Assembly: GCF_000372725.1 (NCBI RefSeq)
Contig: NW_005201092.1
Location: forward strand, 117,683 to 169,345
Length of the DNA stretch: 51,663 nucleotides
Direction of reading: 5' to 3'
DNA from: Emiliania huxleyi CCMP1516
Lineage: Eukaryota
Shown here one piece after another: positions 11,263 to 24,170 of the stretch; the stretch's first letter is position 1, and every line of letters begins with the position of its first letter. A program made the position numbers and the translations under genes. The notes under the pieces were generated by a model, which made no database searches, was not told where the DNA came from, and was given only the letters and a program-made list of their open reading frames with translations.

Positions 11263-13257
11263 GTGCGTGTGCGTGTGCGTGTGTGGGATGGACGGTGCTG
11301 TCATACTGCGCGGGGCTTCCCGCGGGGGACCGAAGGCGTACCGACCCCCCCCCCCCCCTCCCCCCCAACCCCCCACACGTGCAGCCCCGGGTTAGACTAC
11401 AAGCCGCGCGACTTCGCCTGCGGCTGCCTAGCCGGCGAGCAGAGAATCGGCTGCACGTCGGCCGGCAGCTGCTCGCCTCGCGGCCTGCTTTTCTTCTTTC
11501 GTCGTGCGGACCGTGAATTCTTTTTTGAGTCGTTCACAGGTCTGTGAACGACACTGCTCGCTCGGCGCGCGTGCGCGCGTCTCCCCACATCTCCCCACCA
11601 TCTCCCCATATCTCCCACAGGTAACTGCTCCCTCGGCGCGTGCGGAATATCTCCCCACATCTCCCCACCATCTCCCCATATCTCCCACAGGTAACTGCTC
11701 CCTCGGCGCGTGCGCGCCCTGCCCCGGCTCCAAGGGGTCGGACTGCTCGCGCTGCGGCAACGGCCTCGCGCTGCTAGACGCGGAATATCTCCCCGTATCT
11801 CCCCCCATATCTCCCCATATCTCGTGAGCAGGAGCAGCGGGCCCTAGAAGCGGAATATCTCCCCGTATCTCCCCATATCTCCCCATATCTCGTGAGCGGG
11901 AGCAGCGGGCCCTAGAAGCGGAATATCTCCCCGTATCTCCCCATATCTCCCCATATCTCGTGAGCAGGAGCAGCAGGCCCTGGAAGCGGAATATCTCCCC
12001 ATATCTCCCCATATCTCCCCATATCTCGTGAGCAGGAGCAGCGGGCCCTGGAAGCGGAAAGACATAACGATGAGATCGCACGAGATATGGGGAGCCGTAT
12101 TCCGCTGTATTCACTGTACTCGCCTCCCTTGTCTTCACGCGGTGCTCTGAAGACGCTGCACGACACCGCCCTTCCCGCCCCGAGGCTGGTGTCTTCAGCA
12201 CGCAGGCCTTGGACCGGCATTCGAGCCGCCGTTCCACTACAGCGGGCAACCCGCCGGTACCGCCCCCACCAGCGCCGCCCCGACTCCGCACCCACCGCCG
12301 CCGACGCCCCCCCCCCCCTCCTCCCTCCTCCCTCCTCCTCCTCCTCCTCCTCCTCCTCCTCCTCCTCCTCCTCCGCTGCTGCTGCTGCTGCTGCTGCCTC
12401 ACCGCCACCACAGTCTACGATGTCGTGCGAGTGCCGGCGGGGCTCCGGCCCGGACGGGGCGTGCTCTGTGAACGGCGTCTATTCACACCTCCAGCCGTGA
12501 ACAGGCGGGGCTCCGGCCCGGACGGTACGTGCTCTGTGAACGGCGTCTATTCACACCTCCAGCTGTGAACAGGCGGGGCTCCGGCCTGGACGGTACGTGC
12601 TCTGTGAACGGCGTCTATTCACACCTCCAGCTGTGAACAGGCCGGGCTCCGGCCCGGACGGTACGTGCTAGGCTTCCGGTACGATTGCGAGGCGACTGCG
12701 CAGGTCTGGCCCACCCCATCTCTCCCCATCTCTCCTCGTCTCTCCCCATCTCTCCCCATCTCTCCCCGTCTCTCCCCATCTCTCCCCATCTCTCCCCATC
12801 TCTCCCCATCTCTCCCCATCTCTCCCCATCTCTCCCCATCTCTCCCCATCTCCCCCCCCCTCCCCCAACCCCCCTCCTCTTCCTGCGTGCGCACGCTCGG
12901 CCTCGCACTCTCTGCTCGCACTCTCTGCACGGCGTTGGGCTCCTCCCGGCGCTTCGCGCGTGGAGGTGCGAGGGGCAGAGTGGGGGCAGAGTGGCACGGA
13001 GAGCCCCCCATGCGCCCCACACTGGCGCGCGGAGGCGTGTGTCTGCATTACTGTGAACGGCGTCTATTCACACCTCCGGAGGCGTGTGTCTGCATTACTC
13101 GGTAGATGGCACGCCAGTCCTATCGTGGCCCGGGGCGCGTCCGTCCCTAGTGGGCCCTGGCAGGGAGGGGAGGGACGGACGAGCACACTCTCTGCCTTAG
13201 GTCTGGTCGTCGTGCAGCGACATCACGCTGGTGGAGGAGGGCGGCACCACCCGCACC
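9784..13257 (+). CDS. Secreted lytic polysaccharide monooxygenase-like (His-brace) protein, multi-exon
   Basis: Signal peptide followed by His1 (AA|HGAIVSPRSRN), then NPWRAPG, NHGGGYSYRLCP, YVLGFRYDCEATAQ|VWSSCSDI. Introns at 10227-10292, 10513-10740, 10799-11010, 11087-11384, 11465-11690, 12437-12640 and 12704-13200. Exon(s) between ~11760 and 12414 and the stop are unresolved. Confidence 0.8.
11153..11284. repeat. (TGTCCA)n/(TGCGTG)n intronic microsatellite
   Basis: Hexamer arrays read directly from the sequence. Confidence 0.9.
11780..12058. repeat. Tandem repeat of ~68 bp, 4 copies (ATCTCCCC filler + CGTGAGCAGGAGCAGCGGGCCCT)
   Basis: GCGGAATATCTCCCC...CTCGTGAGC units at ~11780, 11850, 11918 and 11986. 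Confidence 0.85.
12437..12640 (+). repeat. GC-AG intron made of three 68-nt units (29-nt exon duplicate + 39-nt insert)
   Basis: 204 nt = 3 x 68. Removing it restores VRVP|AGLRPGRYVLGFRYDCE. Confidence 0.85.
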
Positions 13258-13631
13258 CGAGATGTGGGGAGATACGGGGAGATAGCACCTCGCCCTCGTG
13301 CAGCAGGATGTTTGGGAGATATGGGGAGATATGGGGAGATATGGGGAGATATGGGGAGATAGCACCTCGCCCTCGTGCAGCAGGTGCACTTGTGTGGGGG
13401 GAGAGGTTTGCCTTGCTTTACCACCGCCCTACTGTGCCGTAGGAGGGCGGCGCGCCAGAGGCCTCTTAGCGAGCGAGGAGCTGCGAGGGGGTGGGGTGCG
13501 AGCTTGCTCACCCTCGTGCACCTTCAATGCCGTGCCGGCTCCTGCCCGACCGTGGAGAGGACTGCAGTCCCGGACGAGGTCTTCCGAAGCCAGCCCAAAA
13601 TCTTCTTTTGGGGGGGGCGCGCCGCCAGAGG

Positions 13632-13716
13632 GCACTTGGAGCACTTGGAGTGCAGTCATAATCCAGGGTTGGGGAGCTAAGAAGCGCACCCAGCGAGCCG
13701 GATGATCGGCATCGGG
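13632..13716 (+). repeat. Dispersed repeat, copy 1 (copy 2 at 29883-29975)
   Basis: GCACTTGGAGCACTTGGAGTGCAGTC...GAAGCGCACCCAGCG...GGATGAT.GGCATCGGG is shared by both copies. Confidence 0.8.
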
Positions 13717-14542
13717 CTACAGGCTAGGGAGCCCTGACCCCAGGCTGGGGGGGTGCGCGTTCGCAGGGAAAGGGCCGTAAAATAAACACGGGTCTCCAAG
13801 GGTTAGTACCGCGCTCCAGGTTTCCCCTAGCAGCAGAACGCCCCCTCTACTCGGAGCTATAGTAAACACCAGACAAGGACACGCGACGACACACTCCCCC
13901 TTGCTGGCGACGCGGCGTCGTCAGTCACAACCCCTCCGCCCGGCCTCCCTGCCCCGGCACCGGATGCTAGAGCTAGTGCTTGAGAAGACACCACAAACGC
14001 GGCACGGCCCGTTTTGGATGTCTGCGGAGATTCTGTCTTAGCATACACAGTGAATTCGATGGCCAGAGTGCGATTGTGTGTGTGCGGGAGTTGGTTTGTC
14101 GGGAGGGAGGGGCAGGCTGCTCACCCACGTGCACCGGGCCAGTACTTGCACTTTGAATGCCGTGGGGCTCCTGCCCGTGTCCGGGTGTGGAGATGCGAGG
14201 GTCGCCCCCCCTTGCCCCACCACTTTGTGTGTGTGGAGAAATTTACCTTACCTTACCTACCGGTTGGGTCCACCCCCCCCGCTCGGTCCGTTCTCCTGTT
14301 TGCTTCTTGATGGTTGTACGGCGGGCGCGGGGCCCGACCTCCCCACCCTCCTAGCCTTTTTCGGCTGCGGCCCCGCCGCCGTCTCGTCTTCTCTGCTTGA
14401 TCCTGTTGACTCCGCCTCCGGCGATCCCGCGCCCGACTCCCCGGGTGAGGGCGGCGGCATCATGTCTCGTCGCCACCCCTCTACGGGAGGTCGGGCCGGC
14501 TCTCCCTGGTCAGCGAGTCGCGCCCGCACCCGTGGCCTCTCT

Positions 14543-14692
14543 CGTGCGGGGAGAGCGGCATTGTGCACGGTGCGGAATGCATTGCCGTTCTTAACGGAGT
14601 CGCTTAGGCGGCTCCGGTGGTGAGCCGGTGTGTGTGCCAGTCCGCGCCAGTCCGCGCCCTTGTCGTGCCAGTGTGCTGTGAGAGAGGCTTGT
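14543..14692 (+). mobile_element. 150-bp 3'-end copy of the CRE-like element
   Basis: Near-identical to 16014-16163 (end of ORF plus 3' UTR). Confidence 0.85.
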
Positions 14693-14719
14693 TCTTGTTC
14701 CTTAAGAAAAATTCTTCTC

Positions 14720-16163
14720 CAGACGCCGTAGCGCGCTGCCATGGTGGCCGCTGCCTTGGGCAGTGGCCACGGTGGCCGACCCAGGGCTCCTACGCGGCTA
14801 CAGCCGCGCGCGACCGCTGCCGCTGGCACCGGTCGCGAGGACTCTGGCTCGGCATGCGCGCCACCGAGGTTCCGCTTCTATCCGCACGGGCTGACGCCGG
14901 CTGCGGAGCTGCTTCCCCTGGCCCAGTTCTCGTCCACCCACGAGTTCCTGCACCAGGCGCAGCGGCGGTACACCTCTGGTGTGCACCACGCTAACTGGCT
15001 CAACCTTGCCAAGGAGCTTACCGACGAGGCGCTTCGCAGTGGCGGCCGCAAGGCGCCCTCCAAAGGCAACAAGGTCGGAAGACGCAAGAACCACAAATGC
15101 TGGCGAGAGGCGATCCGTTTTGTCGCCGTCAGCCAACCAGGGGCCGGCGCCTTCCTCAACGCCATCCCCATGCGTGATGATATGAAGATGGAGTCCTGGG
15201 CGATGCGCGTCACCGTCCAGCGCCGCCTTGGGCTCCCCCTTGATGTCGCCTGCCAGGCGGTGGAGGCAGGCAAGAGGGCACCCAGCGGCCAGCTACACGA
15301 CGTCTTTGGCGACGCCGCGATGGTTAACCCTCGGTCAAAGCATGCTACAAGACACAAATTTCTACTCAAACGTTTGATCAAATGCCTCCGCTCGGCGTGG
15401 GGCATGATCATCGAGATGGAGCCGACTGCACACCTCAGTTACAGTAATCCAAAACAACCTGACGTGGCGGCGGCAAACATCGGCAGGGGGCACAGGCGCC
15501 TTGTTGCCGATTTGAAGCTCACGAGCTCGCTTGCGAGCCAGGGCAAGGACACGGCCGGCGACGGAGAGCTCGGCTGGAAGGGGGCCTATGTGCGTTTTGG
15601 CAACACGGAGACCGGGCTGCTCAAGTTGGTCAAAGGGCGCGGCAAGTGGTCTCCGTCGGGAGCGACGGCAGCGGCGGTGGCGGGGGAGGAGGAGGAGGCC
15701 GAGGAGGAGGGGGAGGAGGGGGAGGAGGAGGATGCCCCCAAGGGAAAGCTCAAGGAGCTGCCTGGCGATTACCCCTTTGCGCGGCAGCAGGATTGCGATC
15801 TACGTTTGTTTGATTTTGAGGCTTTCGGAGGCTTTGGAAAGGAGGTTCGCAGCACCCTGAGGGAGGCGGCGAACCAGCTGAGCAACAAACTTTCGCACGC
15901 TCAGCACCTGGACGAGGTCACATGGACCACCAAGAACTGGCACGGGCTGCAGATGCAGCGCTTGTCTGTCGTCCTCCACACCGCCGTGGCGTGGCAGACG
16001 GTGAACGAGCTAGCGTGCGGGGAGAGCGGCATTGTGCATGGTGCGGAGTGCATTGCCGTTCTTAACGGAGTCGCTTAGGCGGCTCCGGTGGTGAGCCTGT
16101 GTGTGTGCCAGTCCGCGCCAGTCCGCGCCCTTGTCGTGCCAGTGTGCTGTGAGAGAGGCTTGT
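14720..16163 (+). mobile_element. 5'-truncated CRE-clade non-LTR retrotransposon (C-terminal restriction-like endonuclease region, no RT)
   Basis: ORF 14741-16078 contains AFLNAIP...QRRLGLPL...DVFGD...RH...EP...QPD...ADLK...EAFGGFG...QRLSVVL, the post-RT/RLE pattern of CRE-type elements. Confidence 0.75.
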
Positions 16164-16251
16164 ATCTTAAGAATTCTTTGCGACAAGGGCAAGCCGCGGC
16201 ATGCGCGACAACGCCACACGCCCATTGGTGTGGGGCCGTCCTGCGTTAAAT

Positions 16252-16845
16252 ATGACGGTGTGTCGCTCCAGCTGCTCCGTCGACTGCAAATCGTGCGGCA
16301 AACTGCCCGATCCAGCACCCAGCAACATCATGTGCTCACCCACACACACCCGACAGCTCCATGACATGCGTGGCCAGGTACGACCTGCCTCTCGGCGTCT
16401 GCTACTCACCACCTCTGCTCTTCCCGGGCGACCCGCAGTGGGGAGCGGGCGACGTACTCGACCAATGCGACGCGGCCGCCGGCATCCTCACTCGCACCCT
16501 CTACTCCTCCTCGGGCGGAACCTGCCGCGGCGGCGGCAGCCCGGTGCAGGCACCGCACACACCGCACGCACGACACAGCTCATACACACCTCATACACAC
16601 GAGCGCGCGTTGCGACGCAAACCCGCACAGACAAGCCTACCTCGCACCGTCAACGAGGATCGCCTCTCGTCGAGACTCCGCAGCTGCCACCGGCGCCTGT
16701 AATCATTGAGAATCGACTTATGATTCCCACAAGGACAGCATCATGATGTAGGTGCCGCTGGACGTCTGCGTGGGGCCGTTTGGACCGCCTCGACCGTCCG
16801 GCTCATTCCAGTGCCTCGACACCCCTGGCGGCGAACCCAGATGCG
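16252..16845 (+). CDS. Small Cys-rich protein, at least 3 exons, ends uncertain
   Basis: Introns 16293-16377 (GT-AG) and 16550-16751 (GC-AG) give MTVCRSSCSVDCKSYDLPLGVCYSPPLLFPGDPQWG...GGTC...VPLDVCVGPFGPPRPSGSFQC in frame. Confidence 0.6.
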
Positions 16846-17264
16846 GAAGTCCAGATCCACATCTCCCCACATCTCCCCGTATCTCGAGGCCTAGATGCGG
16901 AAGTCCAGATGCGGAAAATACACAGCATCGGTGTCTTCCGGCCCTCGAGGTGCCACGCACGCGGCTGCGCGTAGCGGGTAGCCCGCGGCCGTCAGCGAGA
17001 TTCGCCGCATTATCGTATACCAGCAATTGGGCTACTCGTCGGGGTGCCGGCGCCCCACCCGTCTGCTTAGAGCCCCCCATCCCACCACTAGCACCGCCAC
17101 CCCCCCACCTCCGCGGTCCCTCGCGGCCGCATTCGCAGCCGTCGCACTCTCGCGATCCTCGGCGTGGCCATATCTCCCCATATCTCCCCATATCTCCCCA
17201 TATCTCGGCTCACTCTCGTCACCATGCCCCGACGGCGTGATCACGGTGCAGGCGGCGGAGCAAC

Positions 17265-17419
<155 letters not shown>

Positions 17420-18909
17420 GCTCGCCCACGCCTGATGCAGGCGGCGGAGCAACGCGCGCAGGCGGCGGCGTCGCCCGCCCGCTGGGGGGTGGGTTCGGGT
17501 ACCGTGGGGTGGGGGAGGGTGGGTTCGGGTACCGTGGGGTGGGGGAGGGTGAACGCACCCGCCCGCTGGACTCGCGGAACGTCCACGGCCGTCTCGAGCC
17601 GCCGACCGCTGCTCGGGCAAGCGTAGACGCAGCAGTGGTCGGCGATGCATTCCGTGTCGGTGCTGCATTCCCTCAAGACGTGGCAGCTGCCGCCGAGAGG
17701 GACGGCGGCGGCGGCGCTCCGGCAGCCGGTGCAGTCGCACCCCACGAAGCAGAGCAGCGCGTCGGCGCGACGTGGCGGACGCCTCTCCCGCCCCCGCCCC
17801 GGCCGCCCATGCTGCTGGTGCTCCTCGTGGCCGTTGCTTTGGCCGCCAAGCGCTACGTGCGCCGACACGCCGCCGCGGTAGTAGCCGATGCGGCGTTTGC
17901 CGCCGACGACGGCGGCCGCGCTGGCGGCGCTGGGTGTGACGGGGAGTTCGACTGTGAGTATCGCGGTGTGCGGTGACCAGCAGGTAGAAGCAGCGGTATA
18001 AGTGAGAACGCCGGGCAGGCTCTCGGTCAGCCTATTGCACACTCACGGAGTGCGTCTATGTGACGGTGATAGCAGATTCTCCTATCTACGTTTGCGCGGC
18101 GGTGTCCTCTGTCCTGCACAGTACGGTGTCGGTCCACACTCACATCACTCTACACACTACAGACAACACAGGACGAGGAGACACGGGACGCGATGGCAGG
18201 CGAGACGAGGAGGACGGAGGCGAGGGAAGAGGCAGCGCCACAGTCGACGGAGGCGACAACGATGGAGAAGGGGAGGGAACGACAACGCGCAAAGAGGATG
18301 AGGATATAAACTGGGACGACGCAGCGGAGGGGATAGACGAGGGAATCGAGGGACCGGAGGGCTTTCGCGACAGCGACGATGACGACGAAGGCAGGGGAGG
18401 AGACGGAGGGGCGACACGCAGGAGGAGCGAAATCGCGAACGGCCCGAGCAGAGAGGGCGACGGCGGAGCACGAGGGGGCAACGGAAACGCTACCAATGAC
18501 GCGAATCGAGGCACGGGCGACGGCGGGGACGGGGAGGGCGACAGCGACGTCGAGGTTGACGCAACCGTATCGAGAGCGCCACCCAAAAGGAGGCGGACGG
18601 CCATGGAGGTCACCGAATGGAGGGCGAACGGCACGATACGAAAAGGCACGATACGAAAAGGGCGAGGCGGATGGAGAAAGAAGTGCCGAGGAGGCCATGG
18701 TGGAGGGGAGGGACGGGAGGACGAAAGAAGGGCGAGGAGGACGAGCGGCCCGCACAGACCGCGAGCAGACAGCGCCTGCTGGCCATTTCGAGACATTCGC
18801 AAAGAACGCTAGCTACATGGGAGGGCTTCGTGAAGGATGGATTGAAAAACATTCGAACAAAGAAGAGGCGACGGGTCACGGGAGGAACCGGCAGAGGATG
18901 CAGTGACGT

Positions 18910-19269
<360 letters not shown>

Positions 19270-20882
19270 TACGCTCGCGATCCTAGCAACATGCCTCCGA
19301 TTGCGAGCGGCGGCGCTCACAATCGTACGTACCACCTTAGTAGCGTGTCCACCCCACAGCCCCGTCTTCATGCGCCAGGCGCGCCCTCGTCCGCGCGGCT
19401 CCAGACGCGGCCGGTCAGCGCCGCGCTGCCCAAGAGGGGCGGCGGCGGAGCGGCGGGCGGCGGGGCCCGAGGCTGGGCGTGGGGCGTCGCGCCCGACCTC
19501 GGCGAGCTGCTGCACGCCATNNNNNNNNNNNNNNNNNNNNNNNNNNNNNNNNNNNNNNNNNNNNNNNNNNNNNNNNNNNNNNNNNNNNNNNNNNNNNNNN
19601 NNNNNNNNNNNNNNNNNNNNAGCCGACGGGCGTGACGGTGACTCTTTTTCGGGGGGGTTTCCCCTCCAAGCCGTTTATATGGGGTTCAGCTGCCTTTATC
19701 TCCCCTCCCCTTGGCTCAGCCTTTGCGGTAGCCTAAAGGTTCCCCCCCCCCCCCCCCCCTTGAAGGTGACGGTGCCGGCGGTGGCACAGGAGAAGCGGCC
19801 TTCGACCGCCGGCGCCGCCCGCCCGAGAGACTCCGTCAACGCTTCGACCACGCACAGGCGCGCGGAGAGAGGCCGACTCCCTTGCGCCGCCCCCGGCTGC
19901 CCCACTTAGGCTCGTGCTGCACGACGCTCTCGGCGCTCCCGGCGAGGGACCTGCCCGCGCCGCCGCGCCGCCGGACAGCCACTCCGGCCGTGGATCCGTG
20001 GTTCCTTCGACGGCAGCCGCTTGGGGGGCACCAGGCCGCTTAGGCGAAATACACGCGTGTTGGGCCCTGTTCGCTGTTGGTGTTCCTGTTGGAGCTTGGA
20101 GTTTGGAATAGTGCGCGCGCCGCGTGCCGTGCCGCGTGCGTTGCGTGCCTGGTGCGAGCTGCCCGCCTCTCAAGTCCCGTGACACACGTACACACATGCG
20201 ACATGTCTTACCTTACTGCTACCGCCAACACAAGCGCGATCACGCTCGTGGGCAGAAAACGTACTGACGTACACGAGTCCGCCTCCTCCTCCTCCGCCAC
20301 CGCAGGCGCAGGCGCCCCCTGGATCCGTCGCCGCCCCCTCGGCTCCTCTTGCCACGCCGGCCACGTAGATAGAATCCATCTCGATTCACTGTGACGTACA
20401 TGAGTCCCCGCCTTCTCCTCCTCCGCCACCGCAGGCGCAGGCGCCCCCTGCACCCCCCCTCTTGCCATGCCGAGCAACGTAGACAGAATGCTTCTCGATT
20501 CACTGCTTCTCTCTCTTGAGCGCGTCCTCGAGGGGGGAATTCTTCTGGACAGCCAGCTCAATGGAGGCGGCCCGGTCCTCCACGCTGAGGTCCGGCTCAG
20601 AGTCCGTGAAGGAGGGCCGCGAGACGAGGTTCGCTCTCATCGCAGCGCGCCTCCCGCTGCTCCTCCCGAACGTTTCGCGCTTGACCTCCTCGGGGACGGC
20701 GGGGATGGCGATCATGGGCGGCAGCGGCGGTTTGACGGCGGCGGGCTTGGCAGCGTCCCTGCCAGCGGTACTGGCAGCGGCCTGCATGCCAGCGGCAGTG
20801 GAGATGGTCTTCGGAGAGAGAGATTTTTAGCAATACCAAACAAATCTAACACTCACACGTCATTTGGGGCCTGGAGCCCTGT

Positions 20883-21340
20883 TCACGCGCGCGCGAGACG
20901 TGCAGACAGGGTTGCCAGGTGAGAGCGAATGGCGCGGTTCACGCCTCGCACAACAGAGAGAGAGATGCGCTCTGCATGGTGGGACATAAAAGAAAGCGAG
21001 TACTTGGGCGAGTAGGCCGTGCGGTCGACGCTGCCGCGCGCGACTTTGCGCGCGAGGCGGCGCAGTTTGAGAACGGCGGTGGGCGAGAAGCCGCCGCCGA
21101 ACGTCTCGTGGAGCAGCAGGTTGAAGTTGTTGCGCTTGACAAAGATCGCGTCGTGGTAGAAACCGCGATGCGCCTTGACGTAGCCGTGGCCGGTCTTGTG
21201 GGAGAAGGGTTGGCCGGGCTGCCCGCGCGCCTTGCAGCCCATGTTTAGGCGGCGGGCCTTCTCTTCGGTGTTGCCGAAGGCGTAGGAGTGGCCAACGGAG
21301 GCGGGCGTGCCGCCGCTTGTCTTCGGAGCCTCGTCCATCC
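20883..21340 (-). mobile_element. 3' fragment of a second CRE-like non-LTR family
   Basis: AFGNTEE...GFYHDA...HETFGGGFSP...HAERISLSV aligns with RFGNTET...GDYPFA...EAFGGFG...QRLSVVL of the 14.7-16.1 kb ORF. Confidence 0.6.
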
Positions 21341-21561
21341 GCAACGTGTGGTTTTTTATTTTTTGTGAAATTCCTGCGACGGTTTCTTGCTTTTCGCTTC
21401 GCGCATTCCCAAAGCCCCTGGGGAGGGCTTGTCCTGTGAATTAGCAAGCGCGTTTCCCGTTTCTTCTCTTACGGTTCCTCGGTGGTGGTGAGTGAGTATT
21501 ACACACACACTCCTCGGTGGTGGTACGAGCGAGCAGCCGTCGGTGTAGGAATTTAATCGAC

Positions 21562-22970
<1,409 letters not shown>

Positions 22971-23699
22971 ATCGGGATGTGATCTGTGATCTGTGAGGGT
23001 CCGCCCGCAGGCGCATTTTGTGTACCGAGGCGGTGCCCGGTGCCGAACCTGTCGGACCTTGAGACAGCATTGTAGATCCCCCTGGGCGAGGGTGGTGGCG
23101 TCCCCGTCGGGAGCACGGGAGGGGCTGTCTGGCGCGTGGCGGAGGCATGGTGAAAATTCTTTTTCGGCTCGTTATTTTCTTTTTCTCGCAGGAGTCGCCG
23201 TCGATCGTGCAAGACTTCCACCACGAACGATGTCCTCGCGACGGAGGACGCGCACCCACTGCGCGGCGGCGGAAGCCCCGGCGGGGACGACCTCGCCTGC
23301 CCCATTGGCACGATTCTCGACCCCAAGCAAGGGCGCGATGGGTCTCTCCCGCCCGGCGGCTTCATTCACAACCTCTGCCGCGGCGACGCGGGCTGGCGAA
23401 AGGCCCGACGTGGCCGTTTTACGTGCAGTCGGCGGTCCTGTCACTCTCGAAAGAAGAGTTTGGGGATGACCTCTCTGCGGACATCGCCATCGCCATCGAT
23501 CCGACGCTCAAGTTTGCTGAGTGTGTGAGTGAGTATTCTTATGATTGCACAAGCAACACGATGGCACTACTCAGCGTCGAGCCTTGTGATAGGGGCGGTG
23601 CTTGCCGTGTTAAAGTGCGGCTGATGGTGGAGGCGTCAGGAGTTATACTTCGACCCTGTCGACGGGACGCCACCACGCCCCAACAGCTTCAGCAGCAAC

Positions 23700-24170
23700 C
23701 GCCCGACTGGACGGCGTACACTGATGGGTCGGAAGACGGAGGCAGGGCAGGATGGGCGTACGCCGTAGTCATGGGCGGGGACGGCATATGCGACGTGAAT
23801 GCCATGCTCGTGACCGAAAGCTACGGCCCCGTCGTGACTAGCCCCGTACACGCCGCTTTCGTGGGGGCGCGGAAACACACCAATAACACGGCGGAGCTGT
23901 CAGCGCTTGCGGAGCTTTTTCGCTCACTACTCCACACGGCACCACGACCAGCAGGCTCACGAGGGGTGGTCCGAACGGACAGCGAGTACGCGATGGCGTG
24001 TGCGACGGGGAGAATCTCGCCGGGGGAGAACGCACAACTAGCGAGCTATCTTCGAGCAGCGTGGCGGCATTTAGCGTCGAGGCACGAAGTGACATGGAGA
24101 CACGTCAAGGGGCACAGTGGTCATAAGTGGAACGACTACGTCGATAAGCAAGCCGACCTCGGCAGGAGCG
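23700..24170 (+). mobile_element. Ribonuclease HI domain, probably retroelement-derived (within ORF 23147-24421)
   Basis: YTDGS...GA..HTNNTAEL...TDSEYA...HVKGHSGHKWNDYVDKQA supplies the DEDD residues plus His. Intronless; no RT or endonuclease nearby. Confidence 0.75.

Noticed and set aside
12437..12640. CRISPR-like regular repeats (also 255-495 and 11780-12058)
   Set aside because: No unique spacers and no cas genes; they are intronic tandem duplications in eukaryotic genes.
14543..16163. 150-bp direct repeats read as LTRs
   Set aside because: The repeat includes the ORF C-terminus, so it is better explained as tandem truncated non-LTR copies.
20208..20839. Short minus-strand ORFs beside a ~130-bp duplication
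   Set aside because: No recognisable domain or convincing splice structure.
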